From the NCBI RefSeq assembly GCF_032191835.1, contig NC_083223.1:221712001-221776000 (forward strand): a stretch of DNA of 64,000 bases, given 5' to 3'. The notes under the pieces were generated by a model, which was not told the DNA's origin, made no database searches, and saw only the letters and a list, made by a program, of their open reading frames with translations. Positions 1 to 43,800 of the stretch are shown here, one piece after another (positions within the stretch are counted from its first letter, which is position 1; the number at the start of each line of letters is the position of its first letter). The DNA is from Heteronotia binoei (lineage: Eukaryota). The position numbers were made by a program, and so were the translations under genes.

Positions 1-59
1 TGGTGGGGTCCACAGACACTATTGTTGTTGCGGGGGAGGGGGGGCAGAGAGCTGCCTGA

Positions 60-899
60 GGCAAGTACGTGGCAGATGCAGTTCAGTGTGGCCAAGTGCA
101 AAGTAATGCACATTGGGGCCAAGAATCCCAGCTACAAATACAAGTTGATGGGGTGTGAACTGGCAGAGACTGACCAAGAGAAAGATCTTGGGGTTGTGGT
201 AGATAACTCACTGAAAATGTCAAGACAGTGTGCGTTTGCAATAAAAAAGGCCAACGCCATGCTGGGAATTATTAGGAAGGGAATTGAAAACAAATCAGCC
301 AGTATCATAATGCCCCTGTATAAATCGATGGTGCGGTCTCATTTGGAGTACTGTGTGCAGTTCTGGTCGCCGCACCTCAAAAAGGATATTATAGCATTGG
401 AGAAAGTCCAGAAAAGGGCAACTAGAATGATTAAAGGGCTGGAACACTTTCCCTATGAAGAAAGGTTGAAACGCTTGGGACTCTTTAGCTTGGAGAAACG
501 TCGACTGCGGGGTGACATGATAGAGGTTTATAAGATAATGCATGGGATGGAGAAAGTAGAGAAAGAAGTACTTTTCTCCCTTTCTCACAATACAAGAACT
601 CGTGGGCATTCGATGAAATTGCTGAGCGGACAGGTTAAAACGGATAAAAGGAAGTACTTCTTCACCCAAAGGGTTATTAACATGTGGAATTCACTGCCAC
701 AGGAGGTGGTGGCGGCCACAAGCATGGCCACCTTCAAGAGGGGTTTAGATAAAAATATGGAGCAGAGGTCCATCAGTGGCTATTAGCCACAGTGTATGTG
801 TGTGTGTGTATATAAACTTTTTTTGGCCACAGTGTGACACAGAGTGTTGGACTGGATGGGCCATTGGCCTGATCCAACATGGCTTCTCTTATGTTCTTA
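60..899 (+). mobile_element. CR1 LINE, 5'-truncated, young copy (RT C-terminus, 3' UTR, TTCTTATG tail)
   Basis: WQMQFSVAKCKVMH...LEYCVQFWSPH...WNSLP open frame; typical CR1 3' end. Confidence 0.92.
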
Positions 900-1419
900 C
901 AGCTGCAACCAGAGGCTACAATGCTGGTGCAAAAGGCGAGGGGAGCACAAGAAAAATACTTTTTGGCGGGAGGGTAAGAACTGCACTCAGCCCCACTTAC
1001 CCCACGCCATGATGCACAGGACCTCTTGCTCCCCACCTCTTCTAAAATCACAGAGCCCCCCAATCCCTGTACCAGACAACACCAGGCAGCTGAAGAGGGG
1101 GGGGGGGTGTAGGGACTGCTGGATACCTGCAGAGGACAGTGCCAGCTGTTTCACCCCGAGCTCCTGGTGAATTGCTAGTCAACTCAGAAGGCCTGGCTGG
1201 GCAAAGGACGGTACAGGATGTGGGGTGGGGGCTGTCCAAAGCCTGTCCTTCTGGGTGGGCACTGACTTACCCGGGTGAGTACTCATTGGAAGGGAGAGCC
1301 CAGCAGCCAGAGGAAGAGAAGGAAGCCCCTGCCTGAATAGGGTGCAGATCAACAAGTGAGGAGGGGGGCCACCAAAGGGTCTCTTTGGCAGGATTGGCCC
1401 ATTGTACCTGATCCCCTCG

Positions 1420-1550
1420 TCTGATGACGTGTGCTTAGAGAGCACATGAAAGCTTACGTTCTGAATAAAATTTGGTCTTAAAGGTGAACTTGACTCCTGC
1501 TTTGTTCAACTGCTTCAGACCAACACGGCTGCCCACTTGGATCTATCTGC
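1420..1550. mobile_element. Short interspersed repeat, Penelope-like terminal fragment (also at about 8222-8362, 20815-20945, 31030-31150, 44510-44580, 55680-55760)
   Basis: Recurring CACCTTTAAGACCAAC...TTTATTCAGAA..TAAGCTTTC motif; family name from recall. Confidence 0.55.
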
Positions 1551-3149
1551 TGATCTCTGTAAACCAGTGTGGAAAGTTCAAGTAGCACTGGGGAGACCCA
1601 GATTAAAATTCTCACCCTGCCATGATTTACACAGCATGACCATGGGCTGGTTACTATCCCCAGCCCAACCTACCTCACAGTGGTGTTGTTACAATGAGGG
1701 ATAGATTTATACAGCTCAGGGTTTTGAGGGAAGCCCAATCTTGTCAGGTCACAGAAGCTAAGAAAGGTAAATACTTGGATGGGAAATTATCAAGAAAGGC
1801 AATGACAAGCCACCTGTTTTTCACTTTACTGGAATGCCCCTTGCTGGGGATCACTGTAAATCAGTTGTGATTTGACTACACTTGCATACCTACATATTCC
1901 TTTGGATATATAAATCAATCAATAAATTTAGACAAGATGAGTTGCAGTAACATGAAGGGAAGCAGAGATAACTAGGGGGGGGGGAGGTATGCCATACAGG
2001 TGATAAGGGTTCCCCAGGACCAGACAAACAATGGCAGATATTTCAGAAATAAGTGAACTCTCATGGGATGAGTGGATTTTATGGAGATGGAGATCTGTTT
2101 TTAAGCTCCAGTGTGCAGAAGATAAGGAAAGGCTGCAGGAGCTGGCAGGAAGAACGGAAGTGGAGGCAGCAGCATAGCCTTTCAAGATGAGAATGCAACT
2201 GTCCCCCAGCAGCAGTTAAATATCTCTCAGGACCCCAGTGGTGTCAGAGGAAACGAGGGGCAATACAGGGAGGTGGAGTGGAGTCATTAGGAAAATGTAT
2301 CAAGCAAACATCAGTAGAATGACCACCTCCCATCCCACCAGGATCATTAACATCCACATAATAGGCAGAAATTCAACACATGCAGCTTTCATCATTTTAT
2401 TTTAAAACATATATAGCTCTCCCACAGGCTCCAGGCTGCTAACACTTAAAAAAAAATCTACAGTGCAAGAAAAAACACTACAGGATTAAAATTCACTTCA
2501 CAATAAACAACCAATCTCCCCCCCAAAAAAACTCTTTCTGCAATTTAGTTTTATCATCCAGCAGGCACAGCCACTAACAGCATCTCAAAGTCCAGAAACA
2601 TTGTCCAATGCTGTGCCTATCATAATTAATACAAGGTCCTCTGAAATTGCCAGATTTAACTAAAGGAATTGTTCCGTGGAATTTCTTCCTGCCAGGTTAA
2701 GGGGGGCGGGGGGGGGATGGAGATGTGGTAATCACAGGTGGAAATAAAAGATGAAAGAATCCCATTGACAGGCAATTGGAAGCAGGCAAGATATAAAATC
2801 CCAGTGGAATTTCAATAGCCACCGGAAGGCCCTCTGGGGAGAGTGTTGTAAACAACCAGTCACCCTTATTTCAATGCATTATCTATGCTGCAATAAATTC
2901 CACAGGTGAAGCCATGTTTCTCAAGGCTCATTGTGTTTTCTACGGCACTATCAACGTGCGCCAGCACATGTCTAATACCGATAGCCATTCCCTGGGATTC
3001 ATTCAACGGCACTGTAGCATTATTGCTTTAGGCAGGGCTGGGTCAGCCGGGCGGGGGGCGACCGAGGATGAGACAAGAGCAGGAAAGGCGGGGGGAGGGT
3101 ATGGAAGAGTGGCTGGAGAGTCTCCAGCGGGCAACACCCGCCAGTCTGT

Positions 3150-3760
3150 GTGTGCGTTTAAGAAGGAAACAGCGGAGCGCCGAGTCTAGGGAAAGAAGCC
3201 ATTCCCGACGGGTCAGGGTAACCCCGAGGGAAGACCTGCAGCTCTTCCCGCCCGCCCAAGCGCTTCGGGTCTCAACCCCGAGCGAGGAAAGAGGCACTGA
3301 GAAGAAGCAAACCGCTCAACAGGGAAAGCTGCCCTCGGCCCCGCCCCGGCCGCAACCACCAATCCTTCAACCTCGCGGCTCAGAGGGGAGGGGAAGAGAC
3401 AGCGCGCGCAGCTTCTGCTAGGCTCTAAAGAGAGGAGGGGTCTTAATCCCCCTCCTCTACTGGCAGCGGGCAGAGAGATGAGGGGAAGTATTACCTGGCT
3501 CGCCTCGCGCGACCCGGAATGGCTCCCGCTAGTGGGGGAGGGGGGAGGAATCGCGGACCAAATCCGAGCTGGGGGAGGAGCCTTCATCTATGATGTTATC
3601 CTGGAAGTGGAAGGGATGAACTTCCCGCGCCTTTTTTTTTAAACGGGGCGAACTTCCGTTTCGAGTTGAAGTCGGTGTTTTGGTTTTCGGAGTGTAGGGA
3701 AGGGAATCTTTTTCTGCCCAGTTAATTTCCCCTTAGAACTCTCCGGGGTGAGTTGGACTG
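3150..3760. promoter_or_regulatory. CpG island, probable bidirectional promoter downstream of KLC4
   Basis: Dense CpG; ETS-like GGAAGT/ACTTCCG and E2F-like TTCCCGCG motifs; outward-facing donors CCAG|GTAATA (minus, 3495) and CGGG|GTGAGT (plus, 3747). Confidence 0.65.
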
Positions 3761-3799
3761 AGTAGGAGTGTTTGAAGTCGCTTGGTAGAATTCCCCATA

Positions 3800-4070
3800 T
3801 GTGGAGGAGGAGGAGAGATTGGATTTATACCCCGCCTATCTACCCGAAGGAGTCTCAGAGCAGTTTAGAAGCTCCTTTCCCGTCCCCACAACAGACACAT
3901 TGTGACGTAGGTGGGGCTGAGAGCGCTTTTTGGAGAACTGCTCTTTCCAGAACAGCTTTGACAGTTATGACAGACTGACCCAAGATCACTCTAGCAGCTG
4001 CCTGTGGAGGAGTGGGGAATTAACCCCAGATAAGAGTCCGCACACTTAACCACTACACCAAACTGGAGAT
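3800..4070 (-). mobile_element. tRNA-derived SINE (related copies at about 1575-1700, 12520-12700, 26500-26700)
   Basis: ...GGGGAATTAACCC...CTTAACCACTACACCA end; shared body CCCCACAACAGACAC..GTGA.GTAGGTGGGGCTGAGAG. Confidence 0.65.
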
Positions 4071-4898
4071 ACATCAACGCAAAGAATGTAAACACTCGGG
4101 GTTAGATAGCTCCCTATTATTGCGTTGCCTTAAAACATCCTGTGTTCCCAGAAATTAATATTTGGATTGCTTGGCTGAGTTCCTGTGTGTTTTGTCTTAA
4201 AAGTGATGAGAAAATTCAATGCTGTGACTTGGAAAGCATCACCACTTGAATTGTAATTTGTTGGCTGTATTTTAAAGTTACAGAAATATAACTTAAGGAC
4301 TCTTTGTTGTAGTGGCATTTGAAGACGGGGGTGGTGGTGGGATGAAGAAAACCAGGCTATATAATTAAGTGAAATGAGTTTTTGGCTATATTTTTTGGCT
4401 ATGTGATGGGTAATTCAGCAGGTACAGTCCTTTCTCCCTCATGGAGATAGAGTAATTGGAATGGCTGCAGCTGTTGAATTTCTACATATCCTGAAGCCTT
4501 TTGAAAGCTGAAGGGCTGAGAAAAAGTTTTTGGTGACTTATTAGGCTCCCCTTCCCCTTTTGCCTTGTCCAGTGATCAATCTTTAATGTACAGATGATAG
4601 ATCACCCAATATCCTATTCAGTGGGAATATTAATATATTTGATGAACTCAGTTAGAACTATAAACTCACTTCAGTAGTAACAGCTGTTCCTTAAATTGAA
4701 ATGGAATATTATTACCTTTGTAATCATCTACTCAATCTTTTGAATGTTTGAATGATACTGTTTGAATGTTCGGTACTAAGATCATTGTTCCTTCGTTTCA
4801 CTGGCACCATTGTTCCACAATCAAGGTAAATTTGTGGTAGAAGTAACTTGGGAGTGAAGAAATCTGCTCCTGGCATAGTAGTTTTAGATTTTAAAAAA

Positions 4899-4904
4899 TT
4901 TATT
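4899..4904 (-). terminator. Candidate polyadenylation signal of the long KLC4 isoform (3' UTR about 870 nt)
   Basis: AATAAA on the minus strand about 865 nt after the stop codon; usage not shown. Confidence 0.45.
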
Positions 4905-5767
4905 AAATTAAAACAACAATCAGAAGTGAATTATGAATAACACATGGCTAATGGCAGGTCTTCCTGCAGTTTTCTCTGCTGCTCTGCACTACAGTTGTTC
5001 ATACTAAGGCAAACACAGGCAGTGAGGCCAGTAAAAACAAGGCTTGTAGAATGGAGTGTATACATACTACAACACCACAGAGTCAGTGCCTGTGTCCTCA
5101 TGCTTGGAGTTGTTGTCTTAGACAGTGTAAACACCACAAAACTGTTTTAAGTAGTCAACATTCTCCTGCCCCTCTGTCTGATTCAGAAGTTCATTTCCTA
5201 GAAGTAAGAATATTGATTTTGGGAAAGATTTCACAGAAGGCTGCAAGAAGATGGGATGATACAGTGCAAAAATAGATGTTACTAGGAAATATACAGGTTT
5301 GGGACCAGGCACTGAAGGAGTGAGTAGGCCCTTGAGAGCACACTGGGAGAGGAACTCCAGTCAACAGTGTCATATTGTGGAAACAGTTACGTTGGAAAGA
5401 GATAAGACGGTACCTCAGCTCAGAGAGCCAAAGCTTCAGGTAAGAGCTATTGGCGCTCATTCTGTGCAATCAATAATATACAACTTGCAAACATGGTGAT
5501 AAGTGCTTTCATCAGCTGCTAATCCATAGTAGACAGCTGTAGGGAGTTCCTCTATCTAGCCTGGCAGTGGTCCCATATTGATTAGTTTTTCTAATGTACT
5601 CTTATTTTCCACAAGTAGTGATATCAGTAAAACGAATAGCAAAGTTCTAATGTGCAGGGAGACTGCAACTAAAATATCCAAAACGGTGATCAGTTTGAGA
5701 TGTAGTAGCAGTATTGTGAAGCTGTCATCATCTCAGATGGGGTGGAGAGATAGCTGTAGTGATAAGT

Positions 5768-37058
<31,291 letters not shown>

Positions 37059-39098
37059 AATCTTTCAGCTAAAACCTCACCTAAGGCAGGACAGAGAAAT
37101 GGCAGAGTTACCAGAGAGCATAGTCTCATTATTTGTATAGGAAATATCCCAAGAAACCACAACTATGGACCATCAGCTTCAGATCCCTTGCCTTATTTCC
37201 TAAAGAGAGGAGAAAATTCCCACAATGATCCAGGAAAAGAAATGATGTGTTAGGACACAGCAGCAGCAGAACACATAAGTAAAAGACAGTTAAGTCAAAG
37301 CTGCCATTCTCCCACCGCCCCCACGGTCTTGGGAACCAAGAAAGCCGATTTAGCTGTCATTTAAGAGCATGGGAGAAACTGAAGTGAGCACACCTCCTGC
37401 TTGGAGGTCACAGAGATCCAGCTAGGAATAGTCACATAATTACAGTATAGTCACAGAAAGGAAGCATTTACATTACTTTTCTCTCTCTTCTATAGAAAAA
37501 TTATCTCTAGACAACAAAATGCAACCTTGATGGTCAAATCCTAGGTCCAGCACCACATGTGAAAACAGGGATACTGGCTCTCTAAAACCAAGGACAATGT
37601 CAGGAACAAACAAATGGAGAAAGTAAAGAGACAAATAATTGCTTTGTACTAGCAAACAGGTTTTGTAGCAACAAACTTCCTATTCAAGACTTTTACACAA
37701 GTATTGTGCCCCTTTCCCTCCTGTATGCCAGAATTCACACATGATATAACACCTGGAATGTACTATATAATCCTTCCTATGCAATGCACATGCAATGAGA
37801 ATTAGGGTTTATGGAGCCTGCCAGACTGGCAAGGGGAGAAAAGAAACTACCACTTTACATATGAACTTGAAGCTAAACTAGGAATCCAATTTCTGCTGCT
37901 TTGCTGCATTGGCTCAATCTTTTTGAAAATGCACAGCAACAATATAGCCGCTCACACTATTCCACCCCCACACACACACACACTGCAGGCAGCCCTGCAA
38001 AATGCTCCCCAAAGTGCCCTAGATCCATGGCTCAATCCACAGACTTCAGCAAGAGATGCTTACCTCATAACAGCAGCCGGAGCAGTCTGCTCAGCAGCAC
38101 CTAATGCTGCAGATATAAAGCAAACAAGGCAGCCTGGGCTCACGTGATCCCACTGGTAAAAGATCACACTAGCCAGAGGAGCAAGGAATTGAGAAAGGGA
38201 AGGAGGAAATTATCAGAAGAACTGCCTTTGTTCTCAGATAGCCCCACCTCTGTGTGTTCTGGGCTCTTTGCTAGGCAACCACTGGCCTCCCTGTGTTTAC
38301 CATGTCCAACAGAAAGTCCTACTCAGAAATCCTTCAAACAATGAGAGTCTCTCAGCACTTCACCTCACTGGCCTCAAGGTGGCAACTGTGCTCCCTAAGC
38401 CCAAGGTAGATGCCAGACAGCGAGGTTGGTAAAATGAGTACCCAGCTTGCTGTGCGGAAAGTGTAGATGACTAGAGAAGGCAATGGCAAACCACCCCTTA
38501 AAAAGTCTGTGAAAGCAACGTCACCCCAGAGTTGAAAACAACTGGTGCTTGCACAGGGGACTACCTTTACCTTTTTTTAGTCAGAAGAACAGGAATTAGA
38601 TAAAGTAGATGCAAGAGGGACAGAGGAGATAATCTCAGGTTCCTTTCCTCCTCAAAGGACAGAAGGGGAGAGAGATGATCTGGCTCCGTTTGAGGTAGGC
38701 AGGACCGCTTAAGTTCTATCAGCAGAATGACCCAGGGGTACAAAACGGAATGGATCACTGAAGGATGGGGGCGGGGGGAGAAGAAAACTCTTCATGAACT
38801 AGGCTGATGAAGTCTTGGAATCAGATCAGCCAAATGCCCCCCCCCCTTTTTTAAGGAAAAAAAATCACTTAATCTCAAAATTTAACCCTCTCAAACAATC
38901 TTCCTTATTTCAGGGCACCGCAACAGCACTACAGAAAGGAGAGTTTAAATATCCAAATAAATAAATATAACCACAGTCATATTAAAGAAGTCAACATGAC
39001 TTTAAATGTAGGCATTGCTGCTTAAATTGGGTCACTGACAAAGGTCTTTTTCACTATACACAGCAATAAGATGAGCCCCTGTAACGCATACTAGTTAT

Positions 39099-39475
39099 GT
39101 TGTTGTTCAGTCGCACAGTCGAGTCAGACTTTTTACGACCCCATGGACAAAATCACTCCAGGCCCTCCTGTCTTCTACCATCCTCCGAAGTCTGCTGAAA
39201 TTTGTGTTAGTTACATCAGTAATGCTGTCCAGCCATCTCATCTTTCGCTGTCCCCTTCTTTTGCCTTCTGTCTTTCCTAGCATCAGGGTCTTCTCCAGTG
39301 AGTGCTCCCTTCTCATTTGGTGGCCAAAGTATTTGAGCTTCAGCATCTGACCTTCCAGGGAACTGTCTGGGTTGATTTCCCTTAGGACTGACTGATTTGA
39401 TCTTTTTGCAGTCCAAGGAACTCTCAAGATTCTTCTCCAGCACCACAGCTTGAAAGTATCTATTCTTCTGCGCTC
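39099..39475 (-). mobile_element. BovB (RTE) LINE 3' fragment
   Basis: RVPWTAKRSNQSVLREI...LKYFGH.MRREHSLEKTLMLGK.EGKRRG..RWLD...AW...VHGV; CTGAACAACAAC tail. Confidence 0.88.
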
Positions 39476-40619
39476 AGTTATGACAAATATTGAAATAAAA
39501 ACTTCATGTGTGGTGTGTGCCTGTGTGTTTTTAAACAGTACCTCACATTTCCCCTCAGGAGAAGGGTCAAGATGGGTGGGTCACAAACAAGATAGGTTAT
39601 ACAGCCAATGAGTAAATCTTCTTTTTTAAAAACCAATAAAGTGAAATACTCAAATGGAATGAGTACGTCCAAAAATGCTGCAAGATTTGACTCTTGCTAG
39701 TTTTTTTGGAGATGATGTTCCAGAGCTGTGGCTCACAACCAAGGAGGTTCTACTCTGTGCCATTTTCATTTCTTGGTCAGATGAAAGCTACTATAGGACC
39801 TCTTAATGTTGATAAAGAAGAAGGGAGGAACCTAAAGAGAGGGCAAGAATGGAAGAGGCAAAGTGAGCAGACAAGAGCCACAGGGCAAGAGAAAGAAGAT
39901 GTGTAAAAGAAGACAGGAGTAACAGTGCTACAAAACTGGTCAGTTTCAGCAGCAGACCTACACAACAAAACCAGAAGAAGAAACACCTGCAGAGCCCTTG
40001 GAGAAAATGTCAGCTGCTCCTGGGCAAGCATGACTGTCATTCAGCATATTTGACTGCCCATGCAAGACTCCCTTCACTGCTTCCAAATGCCCCAGAAATG
40101 TCTGGTGCAGGTTTTGGTAATGGAGTTCCAGAACTCTTTCCCACAAACAATTCAGAGCACACTTTCTATCCCATTCGTCACCATGGGCACTCAAACAAGG
40201 GTACATATCTCTTGCCCTGGCTTTATTTCCAGTTGCTATGTTATATCCCTCAAGTTCCTTGTCCACATAATACCCAGGGAATGATCTTCAACCTCAAAAA
40301 CAACATTTTATTAAACAACTTCCAGCTCTCCCACAATAGAATCTGTTGTAAGAGACTAAAACCCTGAGGATACCAAGCCTGGATGCAATTCCCTCTGCAT
40401 ACTCAGGTTTTCGCTCAAGTAAAGAACTAGCAGTTTCTGTAAGAAATGCTACTGCATGGGTTCAGAATGTTGAGCACACCAGCCAAGAGGCTTTAAGGTA
40501 GTGCCAAGTCCTGGTCGCTGTTCTCCATTACTGCACCTTGGAGGCTGAGGAAAGATAGGTAGGCAACTGCAGAAGCAGTCTATGAATCCCTCCAGCCTCT
40601 CATTTGCCAAAGTCAAGCC

Positions 40620-40800
40620 CCTGCCCGAGCTCTGGGCGGGGCCGGGGCTAATATAGCCCCGACGCCACACCCAGGAATACACCCGGATGTGCCGGGGCCG
40701 AGCGGTCTGTTGCTCTCCTCCTTCCGAGGAGGCAAATACGGCCCCCAGCCTGAACGCCGGCGATGCCGGCTTGGCTGGGAAGTGCCGAGCCTTCTCTCAG
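40620..40800 (-). promoter_or_regulatory. CpG-rich region, probable KLC4 promoter / non-coding first exon
   Basis: Local CpG/GC enrichment with a GGGCGGGG box, 3.6 kb upstream of the first coding exon; exon limits not resolved. Confidence 0.55.
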
Positions 40801-41169
40801 GACCTCTTCCCTTTCCTTCCCAGTCACCATGATGACAGTATTCCATCATGTTGTTGACAATTTAGTTTACAATCTGGTAATGCAGAGTGATAAGCTGCAA
40901 TAATACAGTCCAAGCTCTGCTCACGATCTGAGTTTGATCCTGGTGAAAACCGGGTTCAGGTAGTCAGCTCAAGGTTGACTCAGCCTTCCATAAGTCAGTA
41001 AAATGAGTACCCAGGTTGCTGGGGATAAAGTCCAGATGACTGGGGAAGGTAACGGTAAACCACCCTATGACAAAAGTCTGCCTAAAAAATGTTGTGATGT
41101 GATATCACCCCATTGGTCAGTAATGACTCGGTGCTTGCACACGGGACTAGCTCTAGCTCTACCCCTTCA

Positions 41170-42112
41170 CATATAAGAACATAAGAGAAGCCATGTTGGA
41201 TCAGGCCAACGGCCCATCAAGTCCAACACTCTGTGTCACACAGTGGCAAAAAATTTTATATACACACATACACTGTGGCTAATAGCCACTGATGGACCTG
41301 TGCTCCATATTTTTATCTAAACCCCTCTTGAAGGTGGCTATACTTGTGGCCACCACCACCTCCTGTGGCAGTGAATTCCACATGTTAATCACCCTTTGGG
41401 TGAAGAAGTACTTCCTTTTATCCGTTTTAACCTGTCTGCTCAGCAATTTCATCGAATGCCCACGAGTTCTTGTATTGTGAGAAAGGGAGAAAAGTACTTC
41501 TTTCTCTACTTTCTCCATCCCATGCATTATCTTGTAAACCTCTATCATGTCACCCCGCAGTCGACGTTTCTCCAAGCTAAAGAGTCCCAAGCGTTTCAAC
41601 CTTTCTTCATAGGGAAAGTGCTCCAGCCCTTTAATCATTTTAGTTGCCCTTCTCTGGACTTTCTCCAATGCTATAATATCCTTTTTGAGGTGCGGCAACC
41701 AGAACTGCACACAGTACTCCAAATGAGACCGCACCATCGATTTATACAGGGGCATTATGATACTGGCTGATTTGTTTTCAATTCCCTTCCTAATAATTCC
41801 TAGCATGGCGTCGGCCTTTTTTATTGCAAACGCACACTGTCTTGACATTTTCAGTGAGTTATCTACCATGACCCCAAGATCTCTCTTTTGGTCAGTCCCT
41901 GCCAGTTCACACCCCATCAACTTGTATTTGTAGCTGGGATTCTTGGCCCCAATGTGCATTACTTTGCACTTGGCCACATTGAACCGCATCTGCCACGTTG
42001 ACGCCCACTCACCCAGCCTCAACAGATCCCTTTGGAGTTCCTCACAATCCTCTCTGGTTCTCACCACCCTGAACAATTTAGTGTCATCCGCAAACATGGC
42101 CACTTCACTGCT
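41170..42112 (-). mobile_element. CR1 LINE, 5'-truncated, young copy
   Basis: SEVAMFADDTKLFRVV...WNSLP open frame; nearly identical to 60-899; abuts a (TA/TG) microsatellite at 42113-42186. Confidence 0.92.
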
Positions 42113-43356
42113 ATATATATTGTGTATATATATATATTTGTGTATATATATATTTGTGTGTGTGTGTATATATACACATATATATAAAACCCATGAAGCA
42201 GCAATAAAGCACAACCACATTTATAGACATTGACTGCACACACAGCATAAGTAGAAGCAGGAGGTTACTTACAGTATTTAGCACCACCAAAGCGCTCAAT
42301 TTGCAGGAGCCTATTCATAGAGCAACCTCATGATCAGCGCTCACACAAAGCACAGCTGTCAAGGTTTTCTAGTAACCACTACACCAAGTGCCCCCACACA
42401 GCTCCACCATACCCGCCAAGAGTGTCAGCAGGAGGTAAAAGACTTCTGTTGATGGTATCATACACCCACTGCCAATGTATTTTAAAACATCTGCATCAAA
42501 ATATTGGCATGAGCCTGTCATTCCTGGTGGCAGCAGCAAGCCTCAAGGCTTTTATCCTCAAGAACAGAGTAACTGAACCCTGCCTTGGGATAAACCTGTA
42601 TGATAGCTAACAGTGCCCAAAAGATGGCCCTTGGGGAGACAAAGGATTTCCCCTTTTTGTTCTGCTTGAAAGAAGACTTGACAAATCCACAAATCCACCA
42701 AAATATGTTGCATGCTTGAGGCACTACCAGCCACATTCTATATCATTTAAGTACAGATAGTCCCTGTCCTGGAAAACTAGGAGAGTTGGTTTTTCTGGTC
42801 AGGATGGCAAGTTGCAGGGACTAGGCAAAGTGAAAATGGAGTGTTTTGTTACTTAAGGAACTGGTTAATAAAGGGCTGGGTTTCAACAGAATCACTAAGT
42901 ATGGCAGAGTCCCTTCCAAGAAGGGGCAAAAGATATTCAGCATACTACTGGCAGTCAGCTAGATTTTCAGGCATAAATCAATAGGAATGACATCTACACA
43001 GTCCCCTTTGTGTAGGTATCAGTAAGACAAGACAAATGGGTCCTTCCAGCTCCAGTTCTTAATCTTATTTAACCATTGGTAACCTTTGGCCACCTCCCTA
43101 AAAATTTCTGCATTCCAAAAAGGAAGAGTTCTTCTGGTATCTAGCTATCTGAAAGGTCATTCCCACAGCACAAACATAGGTGATAAGGCAAGAAATAAAG
43201 CACAATCTATTCACAGTTGAATAGCCCTGAATGAGGAGCTGCATTCCAAGATTCAGGGAAGTCTGCTTTGACAACCAATTTCATGTTTAAAGTGCTCTAT
43301 TACTAGGGGGAGAACTAGTTTATGATGACACACATGCATCATCTTCCAATTTCAGA

Positions 43357-43800
43357 TGGGGAGGCTGCATGGCTCAAGGAAACATATCTGCTTTTCATGC
43401 AGAAGGTCCCAGGTTCAATGAAATTGCTGAGCAGTTGGGTTAGAACTGATAAAAGGAAGTACTTCTTCTCTCAAAGGGTGATTAACACATGGAATTCACT
43501 GCCACAGGAGGTGGTGGCGGCTGCAAGCATAGACAGCTTCAAGAGGGGATTGGATAAACATCTGGAGCAGAAGTCCATCAGTGGCTACTAGCCACAGTGT
43601 ATTGTTGGAACTCTCTGTCTGGGGCAGTGATGCTCTGTATTCTTGGTGCTTGGGGGAGGGGGCACAGTGGGAGGGCTTTTAGTGTCCTGATGGATCTCCT
43701 GATGGCACCTGTTTTTTTTGGCCACTGTGTGAGACAGAGTGTTGGACTGGAAGGGCCATTGGCCTGATCCAACATGGCTTCTCTTATGCTCTTATGCTTG
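43357..43800 (+). mobile_element. tRNA-SINE head fused to a CR1 3' fragment
   Basis: ...GCAGAAGGTCCCAGGTTCAAT|GAAATTGCTGAGC...; CR1 UTR and CTCTTATG tail. Confidence 0.75.

Noticed and set aside
22-62. N-terminal extensions of the CR1 ORFs (also 42113-42220)
   Set aside because: Chance open frames through flanking or microsatellite DNA; both elements are 5'-truncated.
40825-40935. ATGATGA ... CTGA resembling C/D snoRNA boxes
   Set aside because: The D-like box is inside a Sauria SINE head, there is no terminal stem, and the site is not intronic.
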